NCBI GenBank assembly: GCA_010405405.1
Contig: MU004235.1
Location: 1,688,538-1,752,537, forward strand
Source: Microthyrium microscopicum
Taxonomy: Eukaryota
Direction: 5' to 3'
Length of the DNA stretch: 64,000 nucleotides
Each line of letters begins with the position of its first letter. Within the stretch, counting starts at the first letter, position 1. Under the pieces are notes generated by a model. That model did no database searches, was not told where the DNA came from, and worked only from the letters and a program-made list of their open reading frames with translations. Positions 60,784 through 64,000 of this stretch are shown here, piece after piece. The position numbers and the translations under genes are program-made.

Positions 60784-61830
60784 ATGCTATTATAAATCCT
60801 TATATTATAGCTACGCGCTAGATATAAATTTAGATATATTAACTAGGTAGGATATATATTAATATAACTTAATATATTTATGCTATTATATATCTTAAGT
60901 ATAACTAGACTATAGTAAGAATTACTAAGAAGATATACTATTTAATATAAATAATTAAGTACTAGTAATATAACCTAAGGAAATATAAGTCTATATAAAA
61001 ACTATAAATACTATTACGTAGAATACTTCTATAATTTAAACTAGTAGATAAGGATACCTTATTATAATATCTTTTATTATATAGTTAGTAGTTATAGGCT
61101 AAGATAGTTTACTAGCTAGAGTAAGAGTATAGTATATTAGTAGATAGGTTTATAGTATCTAGAATACTTAAGAAAAGAGGATAGAATATAAAAGCTATTA
61201 TATAATTATTACTAAATAAGAGTAAAGAGCTTTATGCTATATATTACTAGGATTTATTATAGTTTAAAGCTTAAGATTTAGTCTTCCTAAATAAGTCTAT
61301 CTTTAAAGAGTAAAATAGCTAGAGACTATATATATATATATTTATAAGTTAACCCTTATAATAAATATAGAATATAAACTATAGAAAGACGTATATAATC
61401 TTAGCTACTATAATACTTAATAGGTATCTTCCTTATACTAGATTTTAAGAAAAGTATTATAATGTAGAGGACTTCTATAATTAGATTAGGATATAACTAA
61501 TACTAATATTATAATGTTAGTTTAGAGATTATATACTTATTATAGTATTTAATAACGTTTTAGTTTATACTAATTTAGATATAGAATAGCTATTAGAGAG
61601 TATAGGCTTTATTATTTACTATTTACTACTCTACTCTCCTAATTTTAATCTAATAGAGTTAATGTTTAGTATTCTTAAGACCTAGATAAAAAGGAATTAG
61701 GTATATAAATAGTAGAATTTTAGAAACTTTATGTCTTTCTTAAAGTATATAGTTATAGCTAGTAGCTATAATTACTTTATAGTTAGATAGTTTAGGTATG
61801 CTACTAGTAATTTATATTATAAAGGAATAA
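60784..61830 (+). pseudogene. RIPed DDE transposase (Tc1/IS630 type), different from the 11.1-kb one
   Basis: LVFLNKSIFKE*NS*R (reverts to FLDESIFKEQNGWR) at about 61280, IIVFNNVLVYT (DNASVH) at about 61545, and YLLLYSPNFNLIELMFSILKT*IKR (YLPPYSPDFNPIE) at about 61620-61695. Ends approximate. Confidence 0.85.
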
Positions 61831-62569
61831 ATATATATACGTATTATAAGTTTCTTTAAGAATATAAGATATAAAGTATAGTAGAGCTTTATTAGTAGAA
61901 TAATTAGTTATTACGTTATAAAGGAAATATTTAGGGCAATATAGATGCTATTAGGTAATTTATATTACGATTATAGGATATTAATATTATATAGTAGTTT
62001 AGTTTATTTTATATCTTATAAACTAACTATTAAACCTTACTTTACTATTCTTTATCTCTTTATTTTTATTCTTACTAGCTATTTTATATTAGTAAGTAGT
62101 CCTTATTTACCTCTATATATAGCAAGTATAAATAAGGACTACTAACTAGTACTTTCTAGGCGTTATCTAATTTTATTTAAGTATAAGTTAAGATTCTATT
62201 ATATATTGCTATTTATATAGTAGCTTTTAACTATTATATTAAAGTCTTAGTAGAACTCTTTATTATCTTAAATATAAGGCTAGTAAGCTAAGGCTCTTAT
62301 TCCTATATACTTTAGTAATATATAGGGAATATAGGAGTAAAGATATAGAAGTTAGAGTCTTATATAAAGGATAGTATTTTTTAATATAGTAGAGGCGCGT
62401 ATTAGTAAGAAGAGAGTCTTAGGAATCTTATTACTACTTTTAGATAGTAGTAATCTAATAATAGTAAAGTCTTAGCTTTTTTAGTATTCCTTTTAGAATA
62501 GTAAGTTAGTAGAGCTTAACCTCTTATAGTATTCCTTTAGAATAATAAATTAGTAGAGTTCTAGTAAAT

Positions 62570-62935
62570 AAACTAGAAAGATAAAGAGAATACACGCTAG
62601 ATAGTAGCTTAACCTAAATAAACTAGAGAAATTAAGGAAATATATGCTAAATAGTAACTTAACTTATAATTTATAGGAATAATATAGAGATAGTACCTTA
62701 TAAGGAATAAAGTCTTATAGCTCTAAGTCTTAAAACTAAATTAGAGTTAATTTAGTGAGCTATAAAGTATAAAGTCCTAACTTTTTTAATAATATTATTA
62801 AGGAAATATACGCTAGAGGGTAGCTTAACCTAAATAAATTAGAGAAATTAAGGGAATATATACTAGAGAATAGCTTAACCTAAATAGACTAGAAAGATTA
62901 AGAAAATATACGCTAAAGGGTAACTTAATCTATAG
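62570..62935 (+). repeat. About five copies of a roughly 50-bp repeat inside the RIPed block
   Basis: Unit CTAGA(G/A)A(A/G)ATTAAG..AATATA.GCTAGA..GTAGCTTAACCTAAATA, in two clusters. Confidence 0.75.
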
Positions 62936-64000
62936 TTTGTAGATATAATATAGAAGTAGACTACTAAGAGAGTTAAAATCCTATTTAGATCCTAGTTATT
63001 ATTAGATTATAGTAAATTACTAGAGCTAGTAATATAATATTATAAGAAGGGACTTATTAATAGTATAGATACTAAAGGATAAGTTATTCTAAATAAAAGA
63101 ATAATAGAATAGGAATAGTAAACTAGTGCTAACCTAAGTAATAAAGTAATATATTAGTAAAGATAAGTATTAGATAAGGAAGATAGAGAAGTACTAAAGA
63201 ATAGTAAGTAAAGGATAGATTTTATATCTCTTCTATATTAAGTAATACTAGATTAAGATATATTTATTATAACTAGTCTTTATATTTATACTATGTACTA
63301 ATAAGTAATTTATTAGTAGTAGTAAAGCACTAGTATTTAAGAATAGACTTATATAACTTTAGTATTAAGACTAGAGTAAAGAACTTACTAATAAGAAGAT
63401 AAATAGTAAGAATATATTACTTAGTATTAAGAGAGAGAATAGTAAATACCTAATTTGCTATAGCTAAAGTTATATAGTATTTAAGTATTAAGGAAGAGAA
63501 GTTAAGAACTATTAATAGTATTATATAAAGCTATTATCTATACTAGCCTTAACGTTAATAATATAATTTATTAGTAATATAAGATAATATTACTAAGAAT
63601 ATAGATACTAAGAAGAGAACTACTAGCTACTTATAGTATATAATATTATTATGTATATTAAATTAATAGAATATACTATACTAAGAGATAAAGTTACTAT
63701 ATAATTATAAGTATAAAGTAAGTATAGTATATTAAGAATAGCTAATAATAAGATTATATTTAGGGATAAAGTTTAATAGTTATAAAGCTTTAGGTAATAG
63801 TAAGGTATATAGGTAATTATAATGTAGGTAATAAGGGATAATTATTAGCTATTTATAAATATATCTTTATAAAGTTATAACCTTAGTAGTTAAAGATATT
63901 AATATACTATATTAATCTAAATAATATATATTATAAGTATTTTTAAAGAAGATATTTAGCCCTTATTAAAATCTAGAGATAGTATATTACTCTTTAGTTA

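Larger units (their letters stand above)
60595..64000 (+). mobile_element. Second RIP-inactivated block starting with a Tc1/IS630-type transposon; runs off the window
   Basis: Abrupt switch to AT/TpA-rich sequence at TA-CAAGTG, followed by a DDE transposase remnant. No right TIR found in the window. Confidence 0.82.

Noticed and set aside
61945..62145. 66-aa hydrophobic ORF in the RIPed block
   Set aside because: Its Tyr/Ile/Leu richness is a by-product of RIP-driven AT enrichment.

Overview
This is a gene-dense fungal (Pezizomycotina-type) window with short GT-AG introns and clear repeat-induced point mutation (RIP). Host genes, left to right: an Osh6/7-type oxysterol-binding protein head-to-head with a Ypp1/Rhf1 (TTC7-like) TPR protein, a DHA1 MFS transporter, a cNMP-binding/F-box/LRR protein, two low-complexity hypothetical proteins, an Mx-like dynamin, a 72-aa protein, HSF1, ATG101, ArgJ/ARG7, cryptochrome DASH and a 5-exon 168-aa uncharacterised gene. 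There are two AT-rich RIP blocks. The first (10815-22087) is a TA-flanked Tc1/IS630-type transposon with a second, convergent Cys/His-motif gene, and a full chromovirus-type Ty3/Gypsy element is nested in it. The second (60595 to the window end) is another Tc1-type element followed by a cargo-like region. Three clear and one more degenerate un-RIPed MITE cluster at 30.3-33.1 kb. The standout is a tRNA-Ile-type gene at 24484-24665. Its anticodon is split by a 67-nt segment with all spliceosomal intron signals (GTCAGT...TACTAAC...TAG), and it also has a canonical 42-nt tRNA intron. Only removal of the 67-nt segment creates the UAU anticodon and A37, which implies two-step maturation by the spliceosome and the tRNA endonuclease. 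All calls come from reading the sequence by eye; no searches were run.
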